From Pseudomonadota bacterium (lineage in GTDB: Bacteria; Bdellovibrionota; FAC87; UBA2466), in contig JAYSWN010000144.1 of assembly GCA_043718025.1 (NCBI GenBank), positions 1 through 57,007 of the forward strand: DNA of 57,007 nucleotides, given 5' to 3'. Positions 9,963-19,085 of this stretch are shown here, in pieces. Position 1 is the stretch's first letter; every line of letters begins with the position of its first letter. A program made the translations under genes and the position numbers. The notes beneath the pieces were generated by a model. It saw only the letters and a list, made by a program, of their open reading frames with translations, ran no database searches and was not told where the DNA came from.

Positions 9963-10946
9963 TTGCGGTCGCTTCAAGTTGAAAATTTGGTGAAAGAGTT
10001 CCCCCAGGGCGGAATGTGGGCCCGCACGGCGAACGTGGTGCACGCCCTTCGCGGCGTTTCGTTTCATTTGAACCGGGGTGAGACGCTGGCGGTTGTCGGG
10101 GAGTCGGGTTGTGGCAAAAGCACGCTGGCCAAATGCCTGGTGGGGCTCTTGCCCGCAACGAGTGGCAGCATCCGCATCGGCGAAAATTTGATTGATGGTT
10201 TCTCCGCCAAGGCCTGGCAGCCGCTTCGTCAAAAAATTCAGATGGTGTTTCAAGACCCATTTTCATCGTTAAACCCGAGACTGACGATCGGCGAAATTTT
10301 GGAGGAGCCACTTGAGCTCCAGCACCTGACGTTGACGCGCGAAGGGCGAACCGCAAAGGTGGGCAAACTTTTGGAAATGGTAGGCCTAACCCCATCGGTT
10401 CGCGGGCGTTTTCCGCACGAACTAAGCGGCGGCCAAAGGCAGCGGGTTGGCATCGCCCGGGCTCTGGCGGTGGAGCCCGAGATTTTAGTTTGTGACGAAC
10501 CGGTGAGTGCGCTCGACGTATCGATCCAGGCCCAGATTTTGAATCTGTTTCTCAAGCTCCAGAAAGAACTTGAGCTCACCATGGTTTTCATCACCCACGA
10601 TTTACGAGTGGCAAGCTTGGTAAGCCATAGAGTGGCCGTGTTTTATTTGGGCGAGATTGTCGAGCAGGGGGAAACGAACACGGTATTTTCTAACCCCCGC
10701 CATCCTTATACTCGGAGCCTGCTGGCTTCGATTCCAAAGGCACTCGGCCAACCGGAGTTGGCTCGGGCCATTCCACTAGAAGGGGAGCCGCCGAGCCCGG
10801 TGAATTTACCACCGGGATGTTCCTTCTATTCGCGTTGCGCGCAGCGTGAAGAGCGATGTCTCATTCACAATCCCGTGCTCAAGCCAATGCAGGATACTCA
10901 CGCGGTGGCGTGCTGGCCGGAGACCGACCCCCGAACTCTAAAATAA
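9963..10946 (+). CDS. oppF: Oligopeptide/dipeptide ABC transporter ATP-binding subunit (OppF/DppF)
   Basis: GESGCGKST, QMVFQDP, LSGGQRQR, DEPVSALDVS, HPYT. Confidence 0.93.
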   Translation: MRSLQVENLVKEFPQGGMWARTANVVHALRGVSFHLNRGETLAVVGESGCGKSTLAKCLVGLLPATSGSIRIGENLIDGFSAKAWQPLRQKIQMVFQDPFSSLNPRLTIGEILEEPLELQHLTLTREGRTAKVGKLLEMVGLTPSVRGRFPHELSGGQRQRVGIARALAVEPEILVCDEPVSALDVSIQAQILNLFLKLQKELELTMVFITHDLRVASLVSHRVAVFYLGEIVEQGETNTVFSNPRHPYTRSLLASIPKALGQPELARAIPLEGEPPSPVNLPPGCSFYSRCAQREERCLIHNPVLKPMQDTHAVACWPETDPRTLK

Positions 10947-10947
10947 T

Positions 10948-11436
10948 TTATTCGACCGAAGTGCGAAGGTTGAGGCGGAAGAGAATATCTAACCGTTCAA
11001 TGAGTTCGTCGCGCGTGACCGGGGAGGCCAAGGTGTCGAACAGCCCTAAGGGAAATGCCCGTTTAAAGATCGCTTGGTTTTTAATCTCGTCTTGCGGACG
11101 GTAAACCAGAAGAACTGAGCAGTTAGGAATTTCGCCGAGTCGGCGAACCAACTCCACCGGATCGGCCCAAGTTAAGAACGCATCAATCAACGCGAGCATC
11201 GGTACAGCTAATCCCGGCTTTTTTAGGGCGATCGCGGTTTCGAACTTGGCGTGGGAGTTAATGGGGGTGATCTCGAAGAAGGGAAAGGTGCGCAGAGCGC
11301 CTTCGGAGCAGCCATCTTGATTGATATAGAAGATCGGCAAAGAAATCGGTGCGGCACTCGATGGCGCACGCACTTTCCTGCGAAAGGCCCCTAAATCAAC
11401 AACATTGGACTCATGCGATTCCAATTTGCGTCCCAT
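10948..11436 (-). CDS. Atypical stand-alone receiver-like domain protein
   Basis: LALIDAFL...ELVRRL and FDTLASPV..DEL pattern of the receiver fold; the conserved Lys is missing. Confidence 0.55.
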   Translation of the reverse strand: MGRKLESHESNVVDLGAFRRKVRAPSSAAPISLPIFYINQDGCSEGALRTFPFFEITPINSHAKFETAIALKKPGLAVPMLALIDAFLTWADPVELVRRLGEIPNCSVLLVYRPQDEIKNQAIFKRAFPLGLFDTLASPVTRDELIERLDILFRLNLRTSVE

Positions 11437-11585
11437 TCCCCATTCCCCTGCCTTTGTGTATGCAACCCAAATTTATTTTAGCCAAGCCCCAAATACTTGC
11501 AGCTCTTTTTTTTTTGATCTGGTTTATTTTCTTTCGTCTTAAACGCGCCGCGCTAAAGTTTGTGGAAACACCAATAAAGCCTTCT

Positions 11586-11613
11586 TAAAGTCCTAGAGAA
11601 TATGTGCCGAAAT
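11586..11613 (+). promoter_or_regulatory. Putative sigma-28 (FliA-type) promoter
   Basis: TAAAG-N15-GCCGAAAT upstream of the response regulator. Confidence 0.5.
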
Positions 11614-11688
11614 GTTAAAGGGACGAAGAAATGTCCCACACAGTTTCAAGAACGCTTTAAAAGTTTTTATAAAAGGGCGAAAAAAATT

Positions 11689-12411
11689 ATGAGCGAAAAG
11701 ATTCTCGTAATCGAAGATAGCAAAGATTATCAGTTCCTCATTCAATCGGCATTGGGTCACGACTACAAAGTGTTGTGCGCCGATACCGGTAAACAGGGGG
11801 TGGAGATGGCGCGGGACAACAAGCCCGACCTCATACTGCTCGATATTTCATTGGGCGAGGTGGATGGTTTTGAAGTCTGCCATTTGCTGCGTGGGCAAAA
11901 AGAGACGGCGGCCATTCCCATCATCTTTTTGTCGTCCAGAAATGATGCCCACAGTAAAGTGATGGGCTTTGATCTTGGCGCCGATGACTATCTCGAAAAG
12001 CCATTCGAGCCGGAAGAGCTTAAGGCGCGGATCCGAGTGCGCATCAAACAACACAATTTACGTAAAGAGAACCTCTCGGTGTACGAGAACCAGGGCCTAA
12101 GGATCGATTTTTTGGGCCACCGGGTTTATATCGATGAGAAAGAGATTCCATTTTCTGCACTCGAGTTCAAGCTGCTCTCGTATTTTGTTCGCAATCCCGA
12201 CCGAGTGCTTTCCCGTGAACGCATCCTCAACAATGTATGGGGTGTCGACACCTTTGTGACTGATCGCGTTGTAGATTCACACATCCGTAGCATCCGCAAA
12301 AAGCTCGGCGCGTTCAAAGATCATATCGAATCGATCTACGGCGAGGGGTATCGGTTTAATCCGACCCCCGCCGTGGGTTCTTCCGCCGCCGTTGACGAAA
12401 AGGCTGCTTAA
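11689..12411 (+). CDS. OmpR/PhoB family response regulator
   Basis: ILVIED, LILLD, GADDYLEKPF receiver; winged helix VVDSHIRSIRKKL..GEGYRF; start at ATG 11689. Confidence 0.95.
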   Translation: MSEKILVIEDSKDYQFLIQSALGHDYKVLCADTGKQGVEMARDNKPDLILLDISLGEVDGFEVCHLLRGQKETAAIPIIFLSSRNDAHSKVMGFDLGADDYLEKPFEPEELKARIRVRIKQHNLRKENLSVYENQGLRIDFLGHRVYIDEKEIPFSALEFKLLSYFVRNPDRVLSRERILNNVWGVDTFVTDRVVDSHIRSIRKKLGAFKDHIESIYGEGYRFNPTPAVGSSAAVDEKAA

Positions 12412-12416
12412 TCGCC

Positions 12417-14276
12417 ATGTGGCTTGGCTCACGATTGCAAGCAATCGTTTTTGCCCAGGCTAAACTACTCACTCGCCATCGCGCTTACCTAAAAATATTT
12501 TTGCTTTGTCTCTTCTTGGTCATTCTTGGCGAAGCCCGGGTGTGGTTCATTCTGCCATTTTTTGCAAAACTCAACTATCGTTTTGCCGGAACTCTTTTCT
12601 TAAATGGCACGATAGTTTTTTGTCTTTTCGGGGTCGTTCATTTTGTTATCGCCAAGAAGTGGACTGCCTTTACCCTTTCGCTTTTCCCGCTGCTCATTCT
12701 GCTAATTGCCGACACCTTAAAACGGCGTTATTGCCTGACGCCCCTCGTTCCGACGGATTTCTATAAAACTGGTTTAGCCCTTAACGTATTTGCGGTCTTC
12801 TTTCATTGGACCATCCAGGTGGGAATTGCTGCGGTTCTTTGCTTTTCGGTAGCGCTGATTATTTTCGTTTTACGCAGGGAAAAGGCTTCAGCAACGCTAA
12901 AGCAGAGAAGCGCGGTGCTGCTTATCGGGTGGAGCCTGGTTTCGTTGTGTCTTGTCTCGCATCCGTGGGTGAGAGCGGTGGTTTCATCCTTTGCTTCTAT
13001 ATCGCGTCACAATCACAACACCACGAAGCTGTACCAAGCGAATGGATTTTTCCTCGGCTTGCTTCTGGAGTTCCAGAGCATGGGAAGAACGCCAGAAGGC
13101 TATGACGAAAATACCGTGAAGGCGTGGTTAGAGCGGGAGTCAGAGAAGCAGCAACTTACGGCAGTAAATCCATTTGTACGGCGACCAAATGTAATCCTTT
13201 ATCTGATGGAGTCCTTTAATGACCCTGACGATTTAGAATTAAAAACTACTGAAGACGCCACTCCTTTTTTTCATGAACTGAAAAAAAAATACTCTAGCGG
13301 GTATCTTTTAACTCCTCAATTTGGCGGGGGAACCGGTTGCACTGAGTTTGAAGTGCTTACTGGTTTGCGGCTTGACCATTTCGGGACCGACAGTTCTCCC
13401 TACGAAACCCACGCCTGGCCTTTGCCCGCCGTGCCGAGGCAGTTTAAGGCCTACGGCTACCAGACCCATAGCAGCCATCCCTTTTACGGCACCTTTTACG
13501 GCCGCGATTTCGGCCACGCCATGGTTGGCTTTGAGACCGCTGATTTTCTCGCGAGCTATCCCAATCCCAAGTTGGTGCACTCTATGATTGCTGACGAGGC
13601 CTTGGTGGATGAGATCATTCGTAAAACAAAAACCATGACTTCGCCCTCGTTTATATTCGGTATCACCATGGGCGGGCATGGGCCCTATTCGTTAGATCTC
13701 GCCCAGCCCGAAGGGCTTCGGGTAACCAATGCCGTTAATCCCAAACTACAATCGCGCCTCGACACTTATGTAAGGCTGATGCGTCACTCTGACGAAGCGC
13801 TGCGCCAGCTAGTGACGCATTTTTCACGGGTAAAGGAACCTACGATAATCGTGGCTTTCGGGGATCACACGCCACCTCTGGGTTACGACTTCTATTCAGC
13901 GATGAGTTCAACCAACGTGGTCAAAAAAGCCATGGCGTACGCAAATAGTGTTGTGCCCGTCGTAATGTGGAGTAATTTTCCGATGGAAAAGAGACCCATC
14001 GAGCTTCCGTCATTTGCCCTCGGAAATTTACTTCACGAAGTCACGGGGGTTCCCCCGGCGATCCCTTTTTTAGCGCAGGGCTATTTGCAAAGCGATTATT
14101 TTAAGTTTGTAACCGACAAAGATTTTAAACCCAGTTTGGCCATCGATCGGCTGAGTTCCCGTAATCAAATAGGTTCTAAATTTCACCGCGATTTGCACTA
14201 CTACCTAGCGAGAAATCGCCTGTCCCCTGCGGTCTTCCTGAAAAAGGCAGCGTTAGCCAAAAAGAGTTACAATTAG
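12417..14276 (+). CDS. LTA synthase/phosphoglycerol transferase family sulfatase-like membrane protein
   Basis: About five N-terminal TMs, PNVILYLMESF, GGGTGCTEFE, HGPY, FGDH. Confidence 0.88.
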   Translation: MWLGSRLQAIVFAQAKLLTRHRAYLKIFLLCLFLVILGEARVWFILPFFAKLNYRFAGTLFLNGTIVFCLFGVVHFVIAKKWTAFTLSLFPLLILLIADTLKRRYCLTPLVPTDFYKTGLALNVFAVFFHWTIQVGIAAVLCFSVALIIFVLRREKASATLKQRSAVLLIGWSLVSLCLVSHPWVRAVVSSFASISRHNHNTTKLYQANGFFLGLLLEFQSMGRTPEGYDENTVKAWLERESEKQQLTAVNPFVRRPNVILYLMESFNDPDDLELKTTEDATPFFHELKKKYSSGYLLTPQFGGGTGCTEFEVLTGLRLDHFGTDSSPYETHAWPLPAVPRQFKAYGYQTHSSHPFYGTFYGRDFGHAMVGFETADFLASYPNPKLVHSMIADEALVDEIIRKTKTMTSPSFIFGITMGGHGPYSLDLAQPEGLRVTNAVNPKLQSRLDTYVRLMRHSDEALRQLVTHFSRVKEPTIIVAFGDHTPPLGYDFYSAMSSTNVVKKAMAYANSVVPVVMWSNFPMEKRPIELPSFALGNLLHEVTGVPPAIPFLAQGYLQSDYFKFVTDKDFKPSLAIDRLSSRNQIGSKFHRDLHYYLARNRLSPAVFLKKAALAKKSYN

Positions 14277-14279
14277 GGC

Positions 14280-14948
14280 ATGAAGAAAAGGCCGCTACTG
14301 CTTTTATTTTGCGCTTCTTTGTTTGCCTACTTTCCGATCGAACTACTCTATTTAGCGGTGCGCGGCGACGACGTTCGCCTGATCGAAATTGTGCTTTCGG
14401 GCCTACTTCCGATTTTACTTATCGTGGGCCTAGTCAAAGTGAATGAACTTGGTTGGTACACGTTGGTATCGTTCGTAGCTTTGTGGGGAGTGCGCGACCT
14501 CTACGACTATTACGCGACTTCAGAAACTGCGATCTCCTCACTCTTAGTGCATTTGAGTATTTACGCGGCGAGTCTCGGCTATTTTATCAACCCCCGCATT
14601 CGCCATTTGTATTTCGATCCCAAACTGCGTTGGTGGCGCACTAAACCGCGTTTTGAAACCCATTCGCCGATGATCTATATGCACGGCGACAAATGGCACT
14701 ATCCATTGCTGCGCAACATTTCCGATGGCGGCTGCTTTCTCCAGACTAACCAGCTACTCAAGATTGGAGACATGATTACGCTTTCTATTCCGCTACCCGA
14801 GCCGTTGAACCTTTCAGTTATCAAGTCGCACGGTCAGGTGCGTTGGGTGTCCGATAACCCACTGCAATGCGGGATGGGCGTGCAGTTCACCGATGCCACG
14901 CCCAAAGTAAAGCGGGCGATTCGTGAGTATGTTCGTCGCGGCTGGTAG
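14280..14948 (+). CDS. Membrane protein with C-terminal PilZ domain
   Basis: About four TMs, then RTKPRF (RxxxR), NISDGG (NxSxxG) and GMGVQF. Confidence 0.85.
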   Translation: MKKRPLLLLFCASLFAYFPIELLYLAVRGDDVRLIEIVLSGLLPILLIVGLVKVNELGWYTLVSFVALWGVRDLYDYYATSETAISSLLVHLSIYAASLGYFINPRIRHLYFDPKLRWWRTKPRFETHSPMIYMHGDKWHYPLLRNISDGGCFLQTNQLLKIGDMITLSIPLPEPLNLSVIKSHGQVRWVSDNPLQCGMGVQFTDATPKVKRAIREYVRRGW

Positions 14949-14988
14949 CGCTTGAAAACCGGCCGTTTCCCCTTCAGAATGCCGGGCA

Positions 14989-16569
14989 ATGTCGTATTCA
15001 ACGCAGCTGCCCTTATCGGCTAAAAAAATTGCCCGTTGCCGCTCGATTGCCAGCTCAATCGGGGACGTGGTGGCCGATCTCATCCACCAAAACTCCACCG
15101 TCGGGACTGAACGCGCGGTATTGCGCTTGTTGGGCTTCAACGGCGCGCTTGAGCGAAATGGCCTGCTTTACCCCGTCAGCAACTTCATTTTAGACCAGCT
15201 TGAGGCCGCCGGCCGTCTCAATGACGGTGCCCTTTATTGGGTGGCCAATGCATTGCTGGTCCATAAGTTTGAGACCACCCGTTTGGAACACGCCATTTTG
15301 AATGGTGAAGTTGATTTAGGAAAAGTGGAGGAGCTTCCCCGAAAAAAAGTGGAAGCCATGGTCACTCGCCTGGCCAAAGAGTCTTACGCGCGGTTAATGC
15401 GTTACCGCAAGTCGCGAGAGGCAATTCGTAAAAAACAGGGTGATCCGCTTCTCGAAAAACGACCGCTCAAATACGTCATTGTCGCTACGGGCAATATTTT
15501 CGAAGACGTGATCCAAGCGCGCAGTGCCGCTCAAGATGGCGCCGACATTATTGCCGTAATTCGTAGCACCGCCCAGTCGTTGTTAGATTACGTGCCGCAG
15601 GGAAACACCACCGAAGGGTTCGGCGGCACCTACGCCACTCAAGCGAATTTCGCCTTGATGCGAAAGGCCTTGGATGAGGTGGGGGCGGAGCTGGGACGTT
15701 ACATTCGCCTTACCAATTACTGTTCTGGTTTATGCATGTCCGAGATCGCGGCGTTGGCCGCCATTGAAGGCTTAGATTGCCTCTTAAACGATGCCATGTA
15801 CGGCATTCTTTTTCGCGACATCAATCCTCGCCGCACGTTGATTGATCAGCATTTTTCTCGGTTGATTTGTAGTGTGAGTGGCTTGTGGATCATGACGGGT
15901 GAAGACAACTACATGAAGACTACCGACGCCGTCGAAAGCGGTGATCAGGTCTTGGCCAGCGAGTTTATTAACGAAGCGTATGCCTTAAACGCCGGCATGA
16001 AGAAAAATCAAATGTCGATTGGCCACGCCATGGAGATGGACCCTTTTTACGAAAAAGTGATCTTGATGGAAATTGCGCGAGCGCAGATGACCCGGCAGAT
16101 TTTTCCGGAGGCCCCCCTCAAGTACATGTGCAACACCAAATACAAGACGGGCGATATCTTCTTTAGCCACGCGGTGGACACGGTTTTCAACTTAATCGGC
16201 TCGCTCACCAACCAGGGAACCATTTTATTGGGCATGCCTACCGAGGCCATTCACACTCCTTGGCTGCACGATCGCACGATGAGCATTCGCTGCGCGAATT
16301 ACATCCTCAAGGGTAGCTTAGGGTTGTCGCAAGAGCTGGGCTACCGAAGTGACGGCTTTATTTCGAAGTTTGCCCAGAGCGTATTGGACGATGCCGTTAA
16401 ATTGCTCGAGAAGATCGAAAAAATTGGACTCTTAAAAGCAATTGAGAAACGGACGTTTGCGGGCGTGAGCCGCACCGTTGAGGGTGGAAAGGGCGCGCGG
16501 GGGGTTTTTCCGGTGCGGCGAGGCGCGTACCTAAACCCGTTCTTCAAACTGATGGGGAGCCGTATTTAA
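14989..16569 (+). CDS. kamD: D-lysine/beta-lysine 5,6-aminomutase alpha subunit
   Basis: YVIVATGNIFED, AVIRSTAQSLLDYVP, GFGGTYATQ, NYCSGLCM, GMPTEAIHTP. Confidence 0.95.
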   Translation: MSYSTQLPLSAKKIARCRSIASSIGDVVADLIHQNSTVGTERAVLRLLGFNGALERNGLLYPVSNFILDQLEAAGRLNDGALYWVANALLVHKFETTRLEHAILNGEVDLGKVEELPRKKVEAMVTRLAKESYARLMRYRKSREAIRKKQGDPLLEKRPLKYVIVATGNIFEDVIQARSAAQDGADIIAVIRSTAQSLLDYVPQGNTTEGFGGTYATQANFALMRKALDEVGAELGRYIRLTNYCSGLCMSEIAALAAIEGLDCLLNDAMYGILFRDINPRRTLIDQHFSRLICSVSGLWIMTGEDNYMKTTDAVESGDQVLASEFINEAYALNAGMKKNQMSIGHAMEMDPFYEKVILMEIARAQMTRQIFPEAPLKYMCNTKYKTGDIFFSHAVDTVFNLIGSLTNQGTILLGMPTEAIHTPWLHDRTMSIRCANYILKGSLGLSQELGYRSDGFISKFAQSVLDDAVKLLEKIEKIGLLKAIEKRTFAGVSRTVEGGKGARGVFPVRRGAYLNPFFKLMGSRI

Positions 16570-17342
16570 TGTCAAAAGCTGTTGCCTCACCGGATTTAAA
16601 GAACCTGCGCCCCTACGGCGACACCACCAATGATGGTGCGGTGCAGTTTAGTTTTACCTTGCCGGTTGAACCGGGATCGAAAGCGCGCGAAGCCGCTACC
16701 CAGCTGGTTAGCAAATGGGGCTTCTTCGACATCAAAGTGGCGCACATGTCGGCGGTGGGCGTGGGTTACTCGTTTTTTGTGGTGTTCGCACGCACCGAGC
16801 TTGGCCTGGATTATACCCAGCTGGTGGTGCCTGAAATCTCAACTGAGAAGCGCAGCTACAAAGAGATCGATTCACTTATCGGCAAAGACATTGGCCGCAC
16901 GGTAAAGGTGGTAGGAGCCTGCACTGGCTTCGATGCGCACACGGTTGGACTCGACGCCATTTTGAACATGAAGGGTTTTGACGGCGACATTGGTCTAGAG
17001 CGCTACAAGAATTTTAAATGCGTGAACATGGGCAGTCAGGTACCCACCGACGAGCTCATTGACCGGGCGGTAAAAGAGAAAGCCGACGTGATTTTACTTT
17101 CCAAAATCGTGACCCAAAAAGACATTCACATCACCGACATGACGGAATTGCAGAATAAGCTAAAGGCGCGGGGGTTGACCGAAAAATTTATTTTAGTCGC
17201 GGGTGGACCGCGCATCACTCACACCATGGCGCTAGAAATGGGTTTTGACGCCGGTTTCACCATCGGAACAAGACCTAGTGACGTGGCCAATTTTATATAC
17301 GAGACTCTTCGGGATCGGTTGAAACGTGGCAAAAAAAAATAA
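16569..17342 (+). CDS. kamE: Lysine 5,6-aminomutase beta subunit (B12-binding)
   Basis: RPYGDT..DG.VQ.SFTLP dimerisation domain, DAHTVG (DxHxxG), PLP lysine in LNMKG, GGPRI. Confidence 0.95.
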   Translation: MSKAVASPDLKNLRPYGDTTNDGAVQFSFTLPVEPGSKAREAATQLVSKWGFFDIKVAHMSAVGVGYSFFVVFARTELGLDYTQLVVPEISTEKRSYKEIDSLIGKDIGRTVKVVGACTGFDAHTVGLDAILNMKGFDGDIGLERYKNFKCVNMGSQVPTDELIDRAVKEKADVILLSKIVTQKDIHITDMTELQNKLKARGLTEKFILVAGGPRITHTMALEMGFDAGFTIGTRPSDVANFIYETLRDRLKRGKKK

Positions 17343-18213
17343 AAGCGAAAAAATGAAACCGGCGAAAACGGCCGTTACCGGCGTCACTCAAGTGGTGGGC
17401 CGACAGAGCGAGCTTAACCTAATGCAGCAGACGTTGCGGTTGGGCCGCAACCTTTTAATTGAGGGGCCGGTTGGGGTTGGCAAAACATTTTTAGTTTTAG
17501 AGGTGTTGAAAGAGCTTGGCCTAGAGCACGAGCGTGTAGACGGCGATACCCGCTACACCGAACAAAAGCTGACGGGCTGGTTTGACCCCCCGATGGTTCT
17601 GCAAAAGGGGTACTCTGAAGATACCTTTGTTGCCGGCCCTTTGATTACCGCCATGGAAAATGGTTCGGTTCTGTTTATCAATGAACTGAACCGTCTACCC
17701 GAAGCGGTGCAAAATATATTGCTGCCCGCCATGGACGAGCGCCGTGTGGTGATTCCTAAAATTGGTTCGATAACCGCCAAACCTGGTTTTGTGGTGGTGG
17801 CGACCCAGAACCCGAGAGAGTTTACGGCAACCCACGCTCTGTCGGAAGCCCTGCTCGATCGTTTTGAGATGCTTTGGCTCGATTACCAGAGCCACGACGA
17901 AGAGCTTGATATCTTGCGCGGGGCTCAACCTCAATGGAAGGGCAAGGTAACGCTCGGACGAATTTTAGAAGTGGTACGAAGCACCCGCAATCACCAAGCG
18001 CTAAAGCGCGGTGCCAGCATTCGTGCGGGCTTGTCGCTGGCGGATTTAGTGGCGGGAGGCATGTCGTTTAAAGACGCGGCTTTGATGGCGTTGCCCAGCC
18101 GCATTGAGCTTTTGTCGTCAGAAGACAACCCACGCGACATCATTCTTGAGCTACTTGAGGCCGGTGAACTGCCGCGTTTCGAAGAAAAAAAAAAGACTCG
18201 TCCAGGCCGGTAG
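17326..18213 (+). CDS. MoxR-family AAA+ ATPase (start GTG 17326 or ATG 17353)
   Basis: Walker A GPVGVGKT, Walker B region LFINELNR, ATQNP, LSEALLDRF, GASIRA. Confidence 0.9.
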   Translation: MAKKNKSEKMKPAKTAVTGVTQVVGRQSELNLMQQTLRLGRNLLIEGPVGVGKTFLVLEVLKELGLEHERVDGDTRYTEQKLTGWFDPPMVLQKGYSEDTFVAGPLITAMENGSVLFINELNRLPEAVQNILLPAMDERRVVIPKIGSITAKPGFVVVATQNPREFTATHALSEALLDRFEMLWLDYQSHDEELDILRGAQPQWKGKVTLGRILEVVRSTRNHQALKRGASIRAGLSLADLVAGGMSFKDAALMALPSRIELLSSEDNPRDIILELLEAGELPRFEEKKKTRPGR

Positions 18214-18269
18214 TTAAAAAAGACTCGCCGATCGCCGATACGTTTTTTCCTCCCGAACTGGCGTCGCAG

Positions 18270-19085
18270 ATGGAAATGGAGCAGGTGACCGCCAAACAGG
18301 TATCGGGCACTTCCGAGAATTTGCGGGAGCTCTATTTCAAACGCCTACATCAGACCGATCGTGATCCGGATTTAGACCGGCGGTTGGTGGCGGCGGTTTT
18401 AGAGCAGGCCCGGCGGGTGATTGCGCACCCTTCCAGGCCGCAACGGCATCAATTTTTACCCTTCCACAAAATGCCGCTCGCCGATTTGGCGATTGAAGAG
18501 ACTCTAGAAGAGGCTTTTGACTTAAGCGATCCCGAAAGTCTGCTGGTGGAGCATCAGGAGACGAAACCATTTTCACTGGTGGCAATGCTCGACACCAGTT
18601 CGTCGATGTCAGGAGAAAAGCACCTTTTGGCGAGCATTGCCGTAGCGGTGATGCTGTTGCGAATTCCTTCTAAGGACATTGGGGTGGTAACCTTTTCGTC
18701 GACCGCGAAGTCGGTCAAAAAGCTGCAGGTAAATGAAGACCCGGCAAGTGTAGTGCTGCGTTTTTTGAAATCCGCTCCTAAAGGGTTCACCAACATTCAC
18801 ATTGGCCTTAAAGAGGCGCTGGGGCAGTACGAGGCACGCGGCACTCAGCGCCGGCGTTTGGGAATTTTGGCGTCGGACGGGCGCAGTACCGAAGGCCGTG
18901 ACCCAGTTGAGCTGGCGCGGGAGTTTGATTTTTTAGCGGTCATTCATCTACAAGGGCCGGGAAGTCACCGCGATTCCTCGATCGCCATGGCCCAAGCCGG
19001 GCACGGTATTTTTTTGGAAGTAGAAAAGTTCGAAGAGTTGCCGGGACGCATCTATGATGCACTGCGCTTAGTGTCCCGGTTTTAG
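18270..19085 (+). CDS. von Willebrand factor A (VWA) domain protein; frame is open from 18168
   Basis: MIDAS motifs DTSSSMS, GFTNI and SDG; CoxE/chelatase-D-like layout. Confidence 0.88.
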   Translation: MEMEQVTAKQVSGTSENLRELYFKRLHQTDRDPDLDRRLVAAVLEQARRVIAHPSRPQRHQFLPFHKMPLADLAIEETLEEAFDLSDPESLLVEHQETKPFSLVAMLDTSSSMSGEKHLLASIAVAVMLLRIPSKDIGVVTFSSTAKSVKKLQVNEDPASVVLRFLKSAPKGFTNIHIGLKEALGQYEARGTQRRRLGILASDGRSTEGRDPVELAREFDFLAVIHLQGPGSHRDSSIAMAQAGHGIFLEVEKFEELPGRIYDALRLVSRF

